DNA of 64,000 bases from Candidatus Sumerlaeota bacterium (GTDB lineage Bacteria; Sumerlaeota; Sumerlaeia; Sumerlaeales; Sumerlaeaceae), in NCBI GenBank assembly GCA_017161655.1, contig JADFCV010000001.1:517786-581785 (forward strand), in the 5' to 3' direction. Numbering within the stretch: position 1 is the stretch's first letter; each line of letters starts with the position of its first letter. This document shows, in pieces, positions 26,665-36,502 of this stretch. The notes under the pieces are model-generated. The model was not told where the DNA came from, searched no databases, and saw nothing but the letters and a program-made list of their open reading frames with translations. A program made the position numbers and the translations under genes.

Positions 26665-28907
26665 TTAATGCATGGCCAGTTGGTTAGAAACATCAGGAAA
26701 AATTGAGCGGATGGATTCATACGCGCTACGCAACAGAGAAGTCGCAAGAGAGATTCTTGTGAATTCACTCTTAATAACCATTTGGCCAGTACTGGTGGTT
26801 GTTCCTAAGAGCTGCATTGGCAGATTCCATTCCTCAGCCAACTTTTTCACGTGGCTGACCTCTATCTCTGGTACGCTCAAAACAACTCGTGGGGTGAATT
26901 CGCCGAAAAGCTCTGCAACAAGGTCTCGCTCGGTTTTTGAGACAAGGTGAACTTCCATCCCAAGGTTGTCATCCTCGGCCCACAGGAGGCACTCCACCAA
27001 AGTCGTCAACAATCCCCCCAAAGAACAGTCATGGGCAGATGCGACAAACCTTTGACAGGCCAGCTCATGTAAGAATCCTATGACACGCTTCTCGACTTCT
27101 AGATCACACGGTGGACAAGGTCCCCACGCCAGCCCCGTACGCCAGCGAAGAAACTCTGAGGCTCCCAGATGTTTGCAGGCGCTCCCGACAAGAAGAATGA
27201 CTCGATTCGGCCCAGGAAACTGACCTTTCATGGGGCGGGCCGGAGGAGCAATTTTCCCAACCATCCCTATGACGGGCGTTGGCCAGATGGCGCTCTCCGG
27301 CGTCTCGTTGTAGAGTGAAACATTCCCTCCTGTCACTGGTGTCCCGAGTGCACGGCAAGCATCGCCGATGCCACGCACTGCCTCCGCAAGCTGGAAAAAT
27401 ATGTCCTCTTTCAGGGGGCTACCAAAGTTTAGGCAGTTCGTAATAGCTAGCGGTTCAGCACCTGTGCAAGCCACATTCCTTGCGGCTTCCGCGACAGCAT
27501 GTTTTCCTCCCTCGTAGGGATCAACATAGCAAAAGAGGGAGTTCCCATCTGTACTCACCGCCAGTGCATTGTTTGAGTCGTGGATTTTCAGGACTGCAGC
27601 ATTGTTTCCAGGCCCTGTTAGGGTCTGGGTTTGAACCATGTAATCGTATTGTTCGAATATCCACCGCTTAGAGCACACGTTGGGCGATGAAAGAAACTCA
27701 AGGATGATGTTCTCAAAGTCTTTCGTTGGCGGGAGCTCCGCTCTGGTCGCATCAGGCAAGTTATCCATATAAGAGGGACGTTTGCCCTTGCGGACATAAA
27801 CTGGGGAATCTTCGGATATTTTTGCAGCTGGGATACATGCTACAACCTCGCCGCGATGGAGAACCTTCATCATCCCTGAATCGTCAAGCTGACCGAGCAC
27901 GTACGCTTTGAGATCCCATTTGGCCAAAATGCTTTCAACGATTGGCAACTGCTCGGGGGTACACACGCCGAGCATGCGTTCCTGGGACTCGCTCAGCATG
28001 ATTTCATAAGCCGTCATGTTTTCGGCACGCTGAGGAACCTTATCGAGATCAATGCAAACTCCCATCCCACCGCGGCCCGCCATTTCTGCAGTACTACAAG
28101 TCAGCCCTGCGGCACCCATGTCTTGGAGAGCGACCACTGCTCCCTGTGCTATGAGTTCCAGCGTTGCTTCGAGGATCTTCTTTTCCATGAAAGGATCCCC
28201 GACCTGCACCGCGCCGCGTTTCTCTTCGCTTTCGTCGGTAAGTTCAGTGCTCGCAAATGTTGCGCCATGAATACCATCGCGACCAGTGGGATTTCCGTAA
28301 TAAAAAACCAAATTCCCAACCCCGCTTGCCACCGCTCGCACGATGTGTTCTTTTTCTACGAGGCCAATGCACATGACATTGACGAGTGGGTTGCCTTCAT
28401 AACACGGGGCAAAATAGCATTCTCCCCCAACCGTTGGCACTCCGACAGAATTTCCGTAATCGGCAATTCCCGCAACAACTCCGGCGATGAGGTGTTGGGT
28501 ACGAGGATTTTTTGGATCACCAAAGCGCAACGGATCGAGAAGTGCAATCGGCCTCGCACCCATTGTAAAAATATCCCGAAGAATACCGCCAACCCCCGTA
28601 GCAGCTCCTTGGTAGGGCTCAATCGCAGAAGGATGATTGTGAGATTCGATCTTGAAGGCGATTGCAAAACGGTCATCGAAATCGACAACCCCAGCATTTT
28701 CCCCTGGTCCCTGTAACACCTGCGGCCCCGTCGTGGGGAATGTCTTCAGGAGGGGTTTAGAATTCTTGTAAGAGCAGTGCTCGCTCCACATAACCGAGAA
28801 TATGCCCAATTCGGTTATTGTGGGGTCTCGCCCAAGAATCTCTTTAATCTTTTCGTATTCCTCGGGGCTTAGGCCATGCTCAGCAACGATTTCTGGAGTT
28901 ATCCTCA

Positions 28908-28908
<1 letters not shown>
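26665..28908 (-). CDS. purL: Phosphoribosylformylglycinamidine synthase subunit PurL
   Basis: 747 aa. N-terminal [40 protein letters not shown] and the HNHPS motif ([18 protein letters not shown]) are present. Confidence 0.95.
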
Positions 28909-29267
<359 letters not shown>

Positions 29268-29272
29268 TTACA

Positions 29273-30319
29273 ATGCAGTCGGTTACAAATCGTAGTGGAC
29301 GTAAATACGTGCGAGAGAGAATCGAAAGACAGAATTCACGTCAATTGCAAAGCCGTGGGGTAATAGCTTTTTCCATAAACCCAGGATGGCATAGGAGAAG
29401 GTTGACTCTGTTTTGCATCTTTTTCTGGTGCAGCCTTATTCTGACACTTCAGTTTACGGCATTCTCCCAAGTGCTCACGCCAGAGCTTCTTGCCAGCGTT
29501 GCCATCGAACCGCTGGTTCCGTCGAATAAGTCCTACGACATCTCGGGAAAGTGTGCCCCATGGCGGAATGTGTTACTCTTCCCTGATAGCAAAGGGGAAA
29601 ACGTCGTCGTTGTCGACATAGATAAGCGCGCAGTCATTGGAAGTTTCGAGATCCCTTCGCTTCTTCAACCTTTGCGCTTCTTAACGTGGGCGAGTGAAGC
29701 TGACTGTTTTGCTGGCATCGTCGGCAATCCGGATCATTACTCATTCTGCCGCTTCCGCATACGAGGGACAGTAAAAGGTGGTTATCGGGCTGACGAACGA
29801 GGTGTGAGAGTTGCGCAATTGCAAAACCCAGATGGGACATATTGGCGCAGTGGCAAAATTGAGTCTTTTGCGCTATCACCAGATGGAAACTCTTTTTGGC
29901 TTGGGGTTTGTTCCAAGGAGAAACCGCCCCGTCGCTGGCTGTGGCGCTTTCAGGTCACTGAAAACCGGACCGATCTCGCAGCAATGACCTGTCATGCAGC
30001 AGAAATGCTTGACCTGGAAGAGGCTGTTGGTGAGGTCGTCGGAAGCATCGGCGGTATGGTGTGGTGGCCCCGTGGGTTGCTGCTGGTGTTAAACTCCAAT
30101 CACAACGTCGATCTTTCTCGTTCTGGTGTGAAGTTGCTTTTTTTTGAATGGGGAGCTGGACGTGCCCCCACGCTGATTGCCAGCAAGGTTGCTCGCTCGT
30201 ATGTTGCCACCGATCTTGGAGACTCGCCAACAGCTCTCTATCTCATTCTGCGGAGCCAAAACAGGAACACTCCCCTATTCGTTGCAAGAATCCCCAAGCT
30301 ATATCCTGCTGTGAGGTAG
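29273..30319 (+). CDS. Secreted or membrane-anchored hypothetical protein (beta-rich)
   Basis: 348 aa with a hydrophobic signal/anchor RRRLTLFCIFFWCSLILTLQFTAFSQ. I recognised no motif. The start is uncertain, lying only 26 nt from the divergent glnB start. Confidence 0.5.
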   Translation: MQSVTNRSGRKYVRERIERQNSRQLQSRGVIAFSINPGWHRRRLTLFCIFFWCSLILTLQFTAFSQVLTPELLASVAIEPLVPSNKSYDISGKCAPWRNVLLFPDSKGENVVVVDIDKRAVIGSFEIPSLLQPLRFLTWASEADCFAGIVGNPDHYSFCRFRIRGTVKGGYRADERGVRVAQLQNPDGTYWRSGKIESFALSPDGNSFWLGVCSKEKPPRRWLWRFQVTENRTDLAAMTCHAAEMLDLEEAVGEVVGSIGGMVWWPRGLLLVLNSNHNVDLSRSGVKLLFFEWGAGRAPTLIASKVARSYVATDLGDSPTALYLILRSQNRNTPLFVARIPKLYPAVR

Positions 30320-30426
30320 TGAAGTGCGGTTCACTTGACATGACCTACAAGAGCAGATGAAGGTCACCAAGTGTTATGTGCATTCAAAATGACTCCTATC
30401 ATTTTTCACGGAAACGGGTGGACTGA

Positions 30427-33400
30427 ATGAAATATTTTCAATGTGCAAAACTCCTGGCTGTTCTTGGAAGTGTAGCTTTGCTGATGGCTTGCCAGCAGTC
30501 GGAGCCACCTTCTAATGCTAAGGAACAGGCAAGCCCTACTACGCCGCGTTTTGTAACACCGGTCCCTTCTCCGACCGTGCATCAAGAGGAGAAAAGCACG
30601 GCACCAGTGGTGAGACTCGACCTCGAAGAACCAATGATGCCGACGCGAGGGACCATCAAGGCTTACGAGATACGGGATGTTTCACAACTTGTTCCTGGGC
30701 TACTCGCTGACGCCGCCTTCGGTGATTTGGTCCTTGAAAACGATCTCGTGAAATTCGTCGTGCGGCGTCCGGACACTTCGATTCCGGAGATGCCTCCCGC
30801 TGGTGCAATCATCGACATCACCAACCAAAAATCACGGGCTGACTATTTCAATTATTTTGAACCGATCCCTGATGTCGAAACCACAACGACAAAAATTAAG
30901 ATAGAGCGCATTTCATCCTTTTTGGTCGACAAGCAGACGACAGCGCGTTTGGTCCTGCTCGGACGCCTCATGGAAATTATTCCGCCCTCACCGAGCGACG
31001 AAGAAGGTAACACATCTCCACCACAAACGGTAGCTTTACCAATTCGCGTAACTACCACCTACGAGTTGCCGAAGGATTCCACTTATTTAATTGTTAAAAC
31101 ACTCTTTACCAACGAAAGTACAGCGCCTGTATCGCTTTCGCCTGGGGACTATATCGACTGGGGAGAGGCGAGTTCCTTTGTCGAAGGGCTGGGTGTTGGA
31201 GTCGGTGTTCTTGCCAAATCGAACTGGGTTGGCGCATTCATCGACGATTTTTCTGTTGGCTATTGCTTGGCTGGAACTAAGCCTGCCCTCAATTACTCAT
31301 CGGGCCGTTACACAGTTGTTCAGGCTTTTGGCGACGAATCCCGAAAACCGATGGCACGCTTTACGCCAACACCGTCACCAACCCCGTCGCTTATTCAACC
31401 ACTCCAAAGCTTTAGCAAAAGTGGGTTTCAACCGGTTGTGGCTCCTCCCATTGGACAATATGTTTCTCCCTCTCCATCGGCTTTACCGCCGCGTAGCGAA
31501 ACGCTATATTCTCCCCCAGTAAAACCCACCGTATCGCCCGTGATGCCCAAACGTGCGGAGACGGAATACGGCCCTCGTGCTGATCTAAGTCACGATGAGA
31601 GAAATGATTTTTCTTCATCGCGAAATTCTGGAGAACTCGGGCTTCACGCTGAGTCTCTTGGGGGCGGAACCCAAAAAGATGAAGAACTGACAACAGGTGG
31701 GCATTCTCGAACGACACCAGTCCCACCTGCTCAATCTGGAAGAAAAGATCGTGTCACACTCGCTCCTGGGAAAAGTTTAGAATTCGTGCGTTACTTGGTT
31801 GTCGGAGATCGAAATCTGTCACGTGTTAGCCAGCAGGTCTATCGGTTGAAGAACATTCCTCTCGGTGTGATCGCAGGTGTGGTCATCGAAGAGGGCACAA
31901 GCAAGCCGGTAGGCAACGCCGAGGTAAGGGTTTCGGGCGGACCAGATTGGAATGGCAAAGGTGCACCCTACGCCTTCACGAAGACCCTCACGCGTTCCGA
32001 TGGCACTTTTGTCATTCGGGTGCCTTATGGCAACTACCTGCTAACTGCGGCAAAGGTTGGACGGGAGCTAGTGGCTGGTGCTCAAAAGGTTTCGCTTTAC
32101 CGAAAAAGTCCGGATCAGTACGTGGGGCTTGTTCTTTCTCGAGAGTCTCGGATTGAGGTCGCAGTAAGTGATCCCGATGCGCCGACGTCGGCGCCACTCC
32201 CCTCGCGACTTACGCTCGTGGCGAAGCCTGGCACGGAACCCGTTGACTGGGGATACGGGCCGGGCAGTGCGGCGGCTGTTCGAAACATTGCGTATATGCC
32301 TTATGGGGCCGCATCACTACCTGTGTCACCGGGTAGCTATCGTCTCTATATTAGTCGCGGTCCTGAGTACGATGCACTGGAACAAGACCTTTTTGTGACG
32401 CGGGGGTCCACGCAGAAGATTGTCGTAACGTTGCCTCGTGCATTCCGGACCCCTGGCATGGTTAGCGCAGATCTTGGGGTCATGACCACGGCAAGTGCGG
32501 TAGCGCTGGTCACCCCAGAGGATATCGCGGTGATGGCTGCATGCGAAGGGCTATCAATTTTAGTCACTGGCGATTTTGAGCGAGCTACCGACATTTCCCA
32601 GGCCATCAAGTCTTTAGGATTAGAGAAATACGTGAAATGTGTCCCGGGAATGCGCTTCCTCGTAAGCGGGCGGGGCAGCACAGCGAACGTTCTTGTCTAT
32701 CCCGTCACGCAGAGCATAGCTCAAAGGTTGCTTGAATTCTCAGCGAAGCATAAAAATACCGCGCCAGATGTCTTCCTCGCGGATCTTCACCGCGAATTTC
32801 CTGAGATTGTCGTTCAAATTGATCAACCGCTTCACCCCATGATGGGGTATTTGGCTCGTGTTCCGTTCAACGACCGCTTCAAACGCTACGAAGAAGAAGA
32901 TGTGCCGCCTCCGGACTTTCATGCAATTCAGGTTCTCAACGGAAAGATCGTGAATGAGTTCCAGGACAACATGGACCGTTTCTTCGATCTTGCCGTGAAG
33001 CGGACACGATGGCCAGAGCCTGCGCCGGCTTTAACTCCCCTTGGGTCGTCCATGTGCCGTTTGCCCTATGGAACCGAAATCGGATATCCTCGCGTTTACG
33101 CTCTTACGATCCACGACACGCTTGAGAGTTTTACCCCCGCTGATCTCGCGCAATCGATCATGAACCAGCGCGTCGTTGTGACGAATAGTCTGATGCCCAA
33201 ACTCCTGGGGTACTCACCGGCCACCCGTAATTATTCTGCCCAACCCGGCGATGTGGTAGACACCGGCACCACCGGCGCGCTGCCTATGAAAATCAATATA
33301 TTAGCGGCTTCGTGGGCTTCGCTCAGTAACTTCGATTTAACTTGGAACGGCAAAATGGTGCGACGTATTCAGGTTATGCCAGTGCAAAGAGTCCTGCGCT

Positions 33401-33636
33401 ATCCGGTACGGCAACAACCAGACGCCGACATGCAATACGTGTATGTTGATGGTGACGGCTTCGCGAATCTGATCTGCTTCAGCAATCGCAAATCGCTCTC
33501 ACCAATTCTTCCGCCCTCCTTGCCTGATTTTGGTGGTGAAGTGTGGCCCCTCGCGTGGACCGGACCAATCTTCGTTGACCAAAACCGGGATGGAAAGATT
33601 CGCATTGAACCAGAAGGCACGAAGACGAATCCGTAG
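30427..33636 (+). CDS. Large lipoprotein: beta-sandwich domains, a CarboxypepD_reg-like domain and a C-terminal PHP/CehA-McbA-like domain with degenerate metal ligands
   Basis: 1069 aa with lipobox LLMAC (MKYFQCAKLLAVLGSVALLMAC). A ~140-aa Pro/Ser-rich low-complexity insert is present. The CarboxypepD_reg-like segment is GVIAGVVIEEGTSKPVGNAEVRVSGG...RSDGTFVIRVPYGNYLLTAAKVG. It is followed by PGSYRLYISRGPEYDALEQDLFV..., then VSADLGVMTT...LVTGDF where CehA-type proteins, as I recall them, have D-x-H-x-H and TDHN. Confidence 0.6.
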   Translation: MKYFQCAKLLAVLGSVALLMACQQSEPPSNAKEQASPTTPRFVTPVPSPTVHQEEKSTAPVVRLDLEEPMMPTRGTIKAYEIRDVSQLVPGLLADAAFGDLVLENDLVKFVVRRPDTSIPEMPPAGAIIDITNQKSRADYFNYFEPIPDVETTTTKIKIERISSFLVDKQTTARLVLLGRLMEIIPPSPSDEEGNTSPPQTVALPIRVTTTYELPKDSTYLIVKTLFTNESTAPVSLSPGDYIDWGEASSFVEGLGVGVGVLAKSNWVGAFIDDFSVGYCLAGTKPALNYSSGRYTVVQAFGDESRKPMARFTPTPSPTPSLIQPLQSFSKSGFQPVVAPPIGQYVSPSPSALPPRSETLYSPPVKPTVSPVMPKRAETEYGPRADLSHDERNDFSSSRNSGELGLHAESLGGGTQKDEELTTGGHSRTTPVPPAQSGRKDRVTLAPGKSLEFVRYLVVGDRNLSRVSQQVYRLKNIPLGVIAGVVIEEGTSKPVGNAEVRVSGGPDWNGKGAPYAFTKTLTRSDGTFVIRVPYGNYLLTAAKVGRELVAGAQKVSLYRKSPDQYVGLVLSRESRIEVAVSDPDAPTSAPLPSRLTLVAKPGTEPVDWGYGPGSAAAVRNIAYMPYGAASLPVSPGSYRLYISRGPEYDALEQDLFVTRGSTQKIVVTLPRAFRTPGMVSADLGVMTTASAVALVTPEDIAVMAACEGLSILVTGDFERATDISQAIKSLGLEKYVKCVPGMRFLVSGRGSTANVLVYPVTQSIAQRLLEFSAKHKNTAPDVFLADLHREFPEIVVQIDQPLHPMMGYLARVPFNDRFKRYEEEDVPPPDFHAIQVLNGKIVNEFQDNMDRFFDLAVKRTRWPEPAPALTPLGSSMCRLPYGTEIGYPRVYALTIHDTLESFTPADLAQSIMNQRVVVTNSLMPKLLGYSPATRNYSAQPGDVVDTGTTGALPMKINILAASWASLSNFDLTWNGKMVRRIQVMPVQRVLRYPVRQQPDADMQYVYVDGDGFANLICFSNRKSLSPILPPSLPDFGGEVWPLAWTGPIFVDQNRDGKIRIEPEGTKTNP

Positions 33637-33725
33637 GATAGCCTAAACTCCGGCCCACGAAGGAGTAATCGGCATGTGGTGGGCTGAGGGTACGATGTAT
33701 GAGCGATAGAAGTCCTTTCCGCCTC

Positions 33726-34781
33726 TTATGAGTGCGGGTCCAGTTTGAAAAGCGCCGGGAGGGTTTCGCTGTAAGGGGGGCAAACTATTCCTTTCTCGGT
33801 GATGATGGCTGTCACCAGTTCATGGGGCGTGACATCGAAGGCAGGGTTATAAACGTTAATCTTTTCTGGCGCTATGCGGTGACCAGCAATATGGGTCACT
33901 TCTTCAGCCTCACGCTGCTCGATCGGGATTTCGTCACCACTGCTGAGCGAAAGATCGATCGACGAGAGGGGCGCGGCGACATAAAACGGAATGCCGTGGT
34001 ATTTCGCGAGGACAGCAAGACCATAGGTGCCTATTTTGTTGGCCACATCACCATTCCGAACGGTTCGGTCCGTGCCAACAAAGACAGCATTAACCCATCC
34101 CCGGCGCATAACGTCCGCAGCCATATTATCGCAAATGAGAGTAACCGGAATGCCAGCTTCGCTTAATTCCCAAGTTGTTAAACGCGCGCCCTGAAGCAGC
34201 GGACGTGTCTCGTCGGCAAAGACCTCGATGCGCTTTTTCTCCCGCTCCACGGCATAATAAACTGCTGCAAGAGCAGTCCCGAATTGGGCAGTGGCCAGAC
34301 TCCCAGCATTACAGTGCGTAAGAACACGATCTCCCGATTTCAACAGCGACGCCCCGTACCGTCCAAGCGCAAGGCAGACCTCGTTATCCTCCTCGATCAT
34401 TTTCTCTGCGAGTGCGAGAATCGTTTTTTTGAATTCATCGGGCGGCAAGGAAGCGTTCTGAAGCGCATGCTTTTTGATCCGCTCTAGTGCCCAGAACAAG
34501 TTCACTGCTGTCGGGCGGGCGGCCGCCAGGTACTCAGAAGACTTTTCGACAATGACTAGCAAATCCTCCGTCGTTTTCGCATCTGCATCTCGAATCGCAA
34601 CCCAGACACCGAGTGCTCCAGCGATGCCAATGGCGGGTGCCCCCCGAACTCGCAATGCACGAATGGCACTCCACATTTGCTCGACCGAGTGAATTTCTTC
34701 TACGACATACTCGAGAGGAAGGCGTGTTTGGTCTATGATGAAGACTCGTCCGTTCTCTGTCCAGAGAGTTGGTTTTGGCAT
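33726..34781 (-). CDS. mtnA: S-methyl-5-thioribose-1-phosphate isomerase (eIF-2B alpha/beta/delta family)
   Basis: 351 aa with FIIDQTRLPLEYVVEEIHSVEQMWSAIRALRVRGAPAIGIAGALG and the C-terminal NPAFDVTPHELVTAIITEKG. Confidence 0.88.
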   Translation of the reverse strand: MPKPTLWTENGRVFIIDQTRLPLEYVVEEIHSVEQMWSAIRALRVRGAPAIGIAGALGVWVAIRDADAKTTEDLLVIVEKSSEYLAAARPTAVNLFWALERIKKHALQNASLPPDEFKKTILALAEKMIEEDNEVCLALGRYGASLLKSGDRVLTHCNAGSLATAQFGTALAAVYYAVEREKKRIEVFADETRPLLQGARLTTWELSEAGIPVTLICDNMAADVMRRGWVNAVFVGTDRTVRNGDVANKIGTYGLAVLAKYHGIPFYVAAPLSSIDLSLSSGDEIPIEQREAEEVTHIAGHRIAPEKINVYNPAFDVTPHELVTAIITEKGIVCPPYSETLPALFKLDPHS

Positions 34782-34927
34782 ATCCGGTCTCTTGTATGTT
34801 TTGACTTTGATTGTCAGTTAACGCGCCCTGAAGTGATTGAAAGACCAACCGCTTACTGCAACTCAAAACACGCGGTCTCTTTTTTCGACCTATTTTAGAA
34901 AGATACACCGAAGCGAGGAACAGTCCA

Positions 34928-34960
34928 GAGATGCACTCATGCATATCGCTGAGATGCACT
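34928..34960. repeat. 10-bp direct repeat GAGATGCACT x2 in the mtnA / tRNA-Thr intergenic region
   Basis: GAGATGCACT occurs at 34928-34937 and again at 34951-34960, giving 23-bp periodicity. The two copies flank an ATGCAT palindrome at 34939-34944. Confidence 0.6.
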
Positions 34961-35091
34961 TGGACAACTCGCGACAAACGAAACTCGGACTGGGCTGAAA
35001 CATACCCTCCCTTTCCTCCTCACAAACGTCTAAGCATGCTTTTGCGGGTGAATGACTATCGCTACAAAAATGTATAAGCAGTGCGACAAAA

Positions 35092-35167
35092 GCCCACGTA
35101 GCTCAGTCGGTAGAGCACGCCCTTGGTAAGGGCGAGGTCACCAGTTCAATCCTGGTCGTGGGCTCCA
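35092..35167 (+). tRNA. tRNA-Thr (anticodon GGU), CCA encoded
   Basis: I folded the cloverleaf by hand. Acceptor stem GCCCACG/CGTGGGC. D arm GCTC-AGTCGGTA-GAGC. Anticodon stem CGCCC/GGGCG with loop TTGGTAA. Variable region AGGTC. T arm ACCAG-TTCAATC-CTGGT. Discriminator T followed by CCA. Confidence 0.95.
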
Positions 35168-35191
35168 CCTTTTATATTTTGCGAGGAACCC

Positions 35192-35749
35192 ATGCAAGCG
35201 AACGACATTCGCCGTGGCCACATTATCCTCTACAACGGGGAACCGCATCTCGTATTGGATTTCCAACACCGCACGCCTGGTAACCTACGGGCCTTTGTTC
35301 AGTGCAGGTTACGCAATCTAAAAAGCGGAAACTCGTACGAAGTGCGCTTCAGCTCGACTGAAGATGTTGAGCGCGCCGTTCTGGACCATCAGGACATGGA
35401 GTTTCTCTACAAAGACGAAAATCTTTATCACTTCATGAACACAGAGACTTACGAGCAAATTGCCTTAAACGAGGAAGCACTCGGCGATGCGGCCAAGTAC
35501 ATGACCGAAGGATTACGCGTTCAGATTAGCTTTTTCGAAGGTACTCCGATCGCAGTCGAGCTCCCGCCCACGATTGAGCTTGAAGTGGTAGAAACTGAGC
35601 CAGAGGTGAAGGGGGCAACAGCAAGCAATTCTCCAAAGCCGGCTAAGCTTTCGAATGGCGTGACGGTCATGGTCCCACCGTTTATCAAGGTGGGTGATAG
35701 AATTCGCATTAATCCCAACGAGGATAAGTATCTCGAACGCGTGAAGTAA
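35192..35749 (+). CDS. efp: Elongation factor P (atypical loop: Asn at the usual Lys/Arg modification position)
   Basis: 185 aa from ATG 35192. The track ORF start at 35123 lies inside the tRNA. The protein aligns along its full length with my recollection of E. coli EF-P (NDIRRGHIILYNGEP..., KGATASNSPKPAKLSNG, YLERVK). The loop reads TPGNLRAF where E. coli has KPGKGQAF. Confidence 0.92.
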   Translation: MQANDIRRGHIILYNGEPHLVLDFQHRTPGNLRAFVQCRLRNLKSGNSYEVRFSSTEDVERAVLDHQDMEFLYKDENLYHFMNTETYEQIALNEEALGDAAKYMTEGLRVQISFFEGTPIAVELPPTIELEVVETEPEVKGATASNSPKPAKLSNGVTVMVPPFIKVGDRIRINPNEDKYLERVK

Positions 35750-35775
35750 ACATCGAATCTTTTCTGTGCGAAACG

Positions 35776-35817
35776 AAAAGCGAGCGAGCGGGCCGATGGG
35801 CCGTCAGCTCGCTTTTT
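35776..35817. terminator. Bidirectional rho-independent terminator between convergent efp and purQ
   Basis: AAAAGCGAGC (35776-35785) pairs perfectly with GCTCGCTTTT (35807-35816). The GC core GCGAGC/GCTCGC is flanked by an A-run on one side and a T-run on the other. The right arm overlaps the last four purQ codons. Confidence 0.7.
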
Positions 35818-36502
35818 GCGTTAACAGAAACGATGCGACAGACGAAAATACCTCGGCTCCGTCAGTGCTACCCAATTCTTCGGCAACAGCTCGCTCTGGA
35901 TGTGGCATCATGCCAAGGACATTCCCCGCCTCATTGACAATCCCCGCAATATTTGCCACAGATCCGTTCGGGTTAGCCTCTTCGGTTGCTTCACCTTTTT
36001 CGTCGCAATAGCGGAACACAATTTGGCGATTAGCCTCTAATTGTGCGAGCCCATTCTGGTCAATAAAATAATTTCCTAATCCGTGCGCGACAGGAAGCCG
36101 GATAATTTTCTTTGTCTCTCTGGTGAAGGCCAAATCGGAACGTTCTGTCCGCAAGTGAACCCACTTGCATACAAACTTGAGACAATTGTTTGGCAACATT
36201 GCGCCGGGCAGGAGTCCCGCCTCGAGCAGAATTTGAAAACCGTTGCAGATGCCCAATACGAGACCGCCCGCCCGAGCGAATTCGATCACACTGATCATCA
36301 CCGGCGAAAACCGTGCGATAGCTCCAGCCCGGAGATAATCACCATAAGAGAACCCCCCGGGAAGTATGACAAGGTCCGTCTGTGGTGAAATGCGCTCTTT
36401 GTGCCAAACGAGACTGGGTGTAACTCCCAAAACGCGAGATACAGCCCGAACGGTATCCATTTCGCAATTGGAGCCGGGAAATTGCACCACAGCTACTTTC
36501 AT
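35804..36502 (-). CDS. purQ: Phosphoribosylformylglycinamidine synthase, glutaminase subunit PurQ
   Basis: The ORF reaches 36586, but the conserved start [16 protein letters not shown] is ATG 36502. That ATG overlaps the purS stop by 1 nt. The catalytic GICNGFQIL is present. Confidence 0.93.
   Translation of the reverse strand: MKVAVVQFPGSNCEMDTVRAVSRVLGVTPSLVWHKERISPQTDLVILPGGFSYGDYLRAGAIARFSPVMISVIEFARAGGLVLGICNGFQILLEAGLLPGAMLPNNCLKFVCKWVHLRTERSDLAFTRETKKIIRLPVAHGLGNYFIDQNGLAQLEANRQIVFRYCDEKGEATEEANPNGSVANIAGIVNEAGNVLGMMPHPERAVAEELGSTDGAEVFSSVASFLLTQKAS

Noticed and set aside
28123-28716. A 197-aa ORF antisense to purL. Similar long antisense or alternative-frame ORFs occur at 3263-3793, 14594-15127, 17288-17791, 22197-22592 and 37157-37627.
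   Set aside because: Each lies wholly inside a gene with unambiguous conserved motifs (PurL, GspE core, YfhO, GAF protein, Ald, PurC). Their sequences are low-complexity or atypical. They are most simply explained as chance open frames.
31190-31760. Repetitive-looking DNA in the lipoprotein gene (a GVGVGV stretch and a Pro/Ser-rich region). A similar S/P-rich tract occurs in the GAF gene at about 16980-17270.
   Set aside because: These are low-complexity coding linkers within continuous ORFs. They are not tandem DNA repeats, CRISPR-like arrays or mobile-element remnants.
33674-33709. An 11-codon mini-ORF (MWWAEGTMYER) with AAGGAG 8 nt upstream, in the spacer between the large lipoprotein gene and mtnA.
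   Set aside because: It is too short to evaluate without comparative data. It lies between convergent genes, where no promoter is expected, so the RBS-like sequence is probably fortuitous.
35092-35167. The tRNA-Thr as a possible integration hotspot or genomic-island boundary.
   Set aside because: There is no integrase, no direct repeat of the tRNA 3' end and no mobile or atypical genes on either side. The flanking genes are mtnA and efp.
35123-35191. An N-terminal extension of the efp ORF in the supplied track.
   Set aside because: The extension overlaps the tRNA-Thr gene (35092-35167). The conserved EF-P N-terminus begins at ATG 35192.
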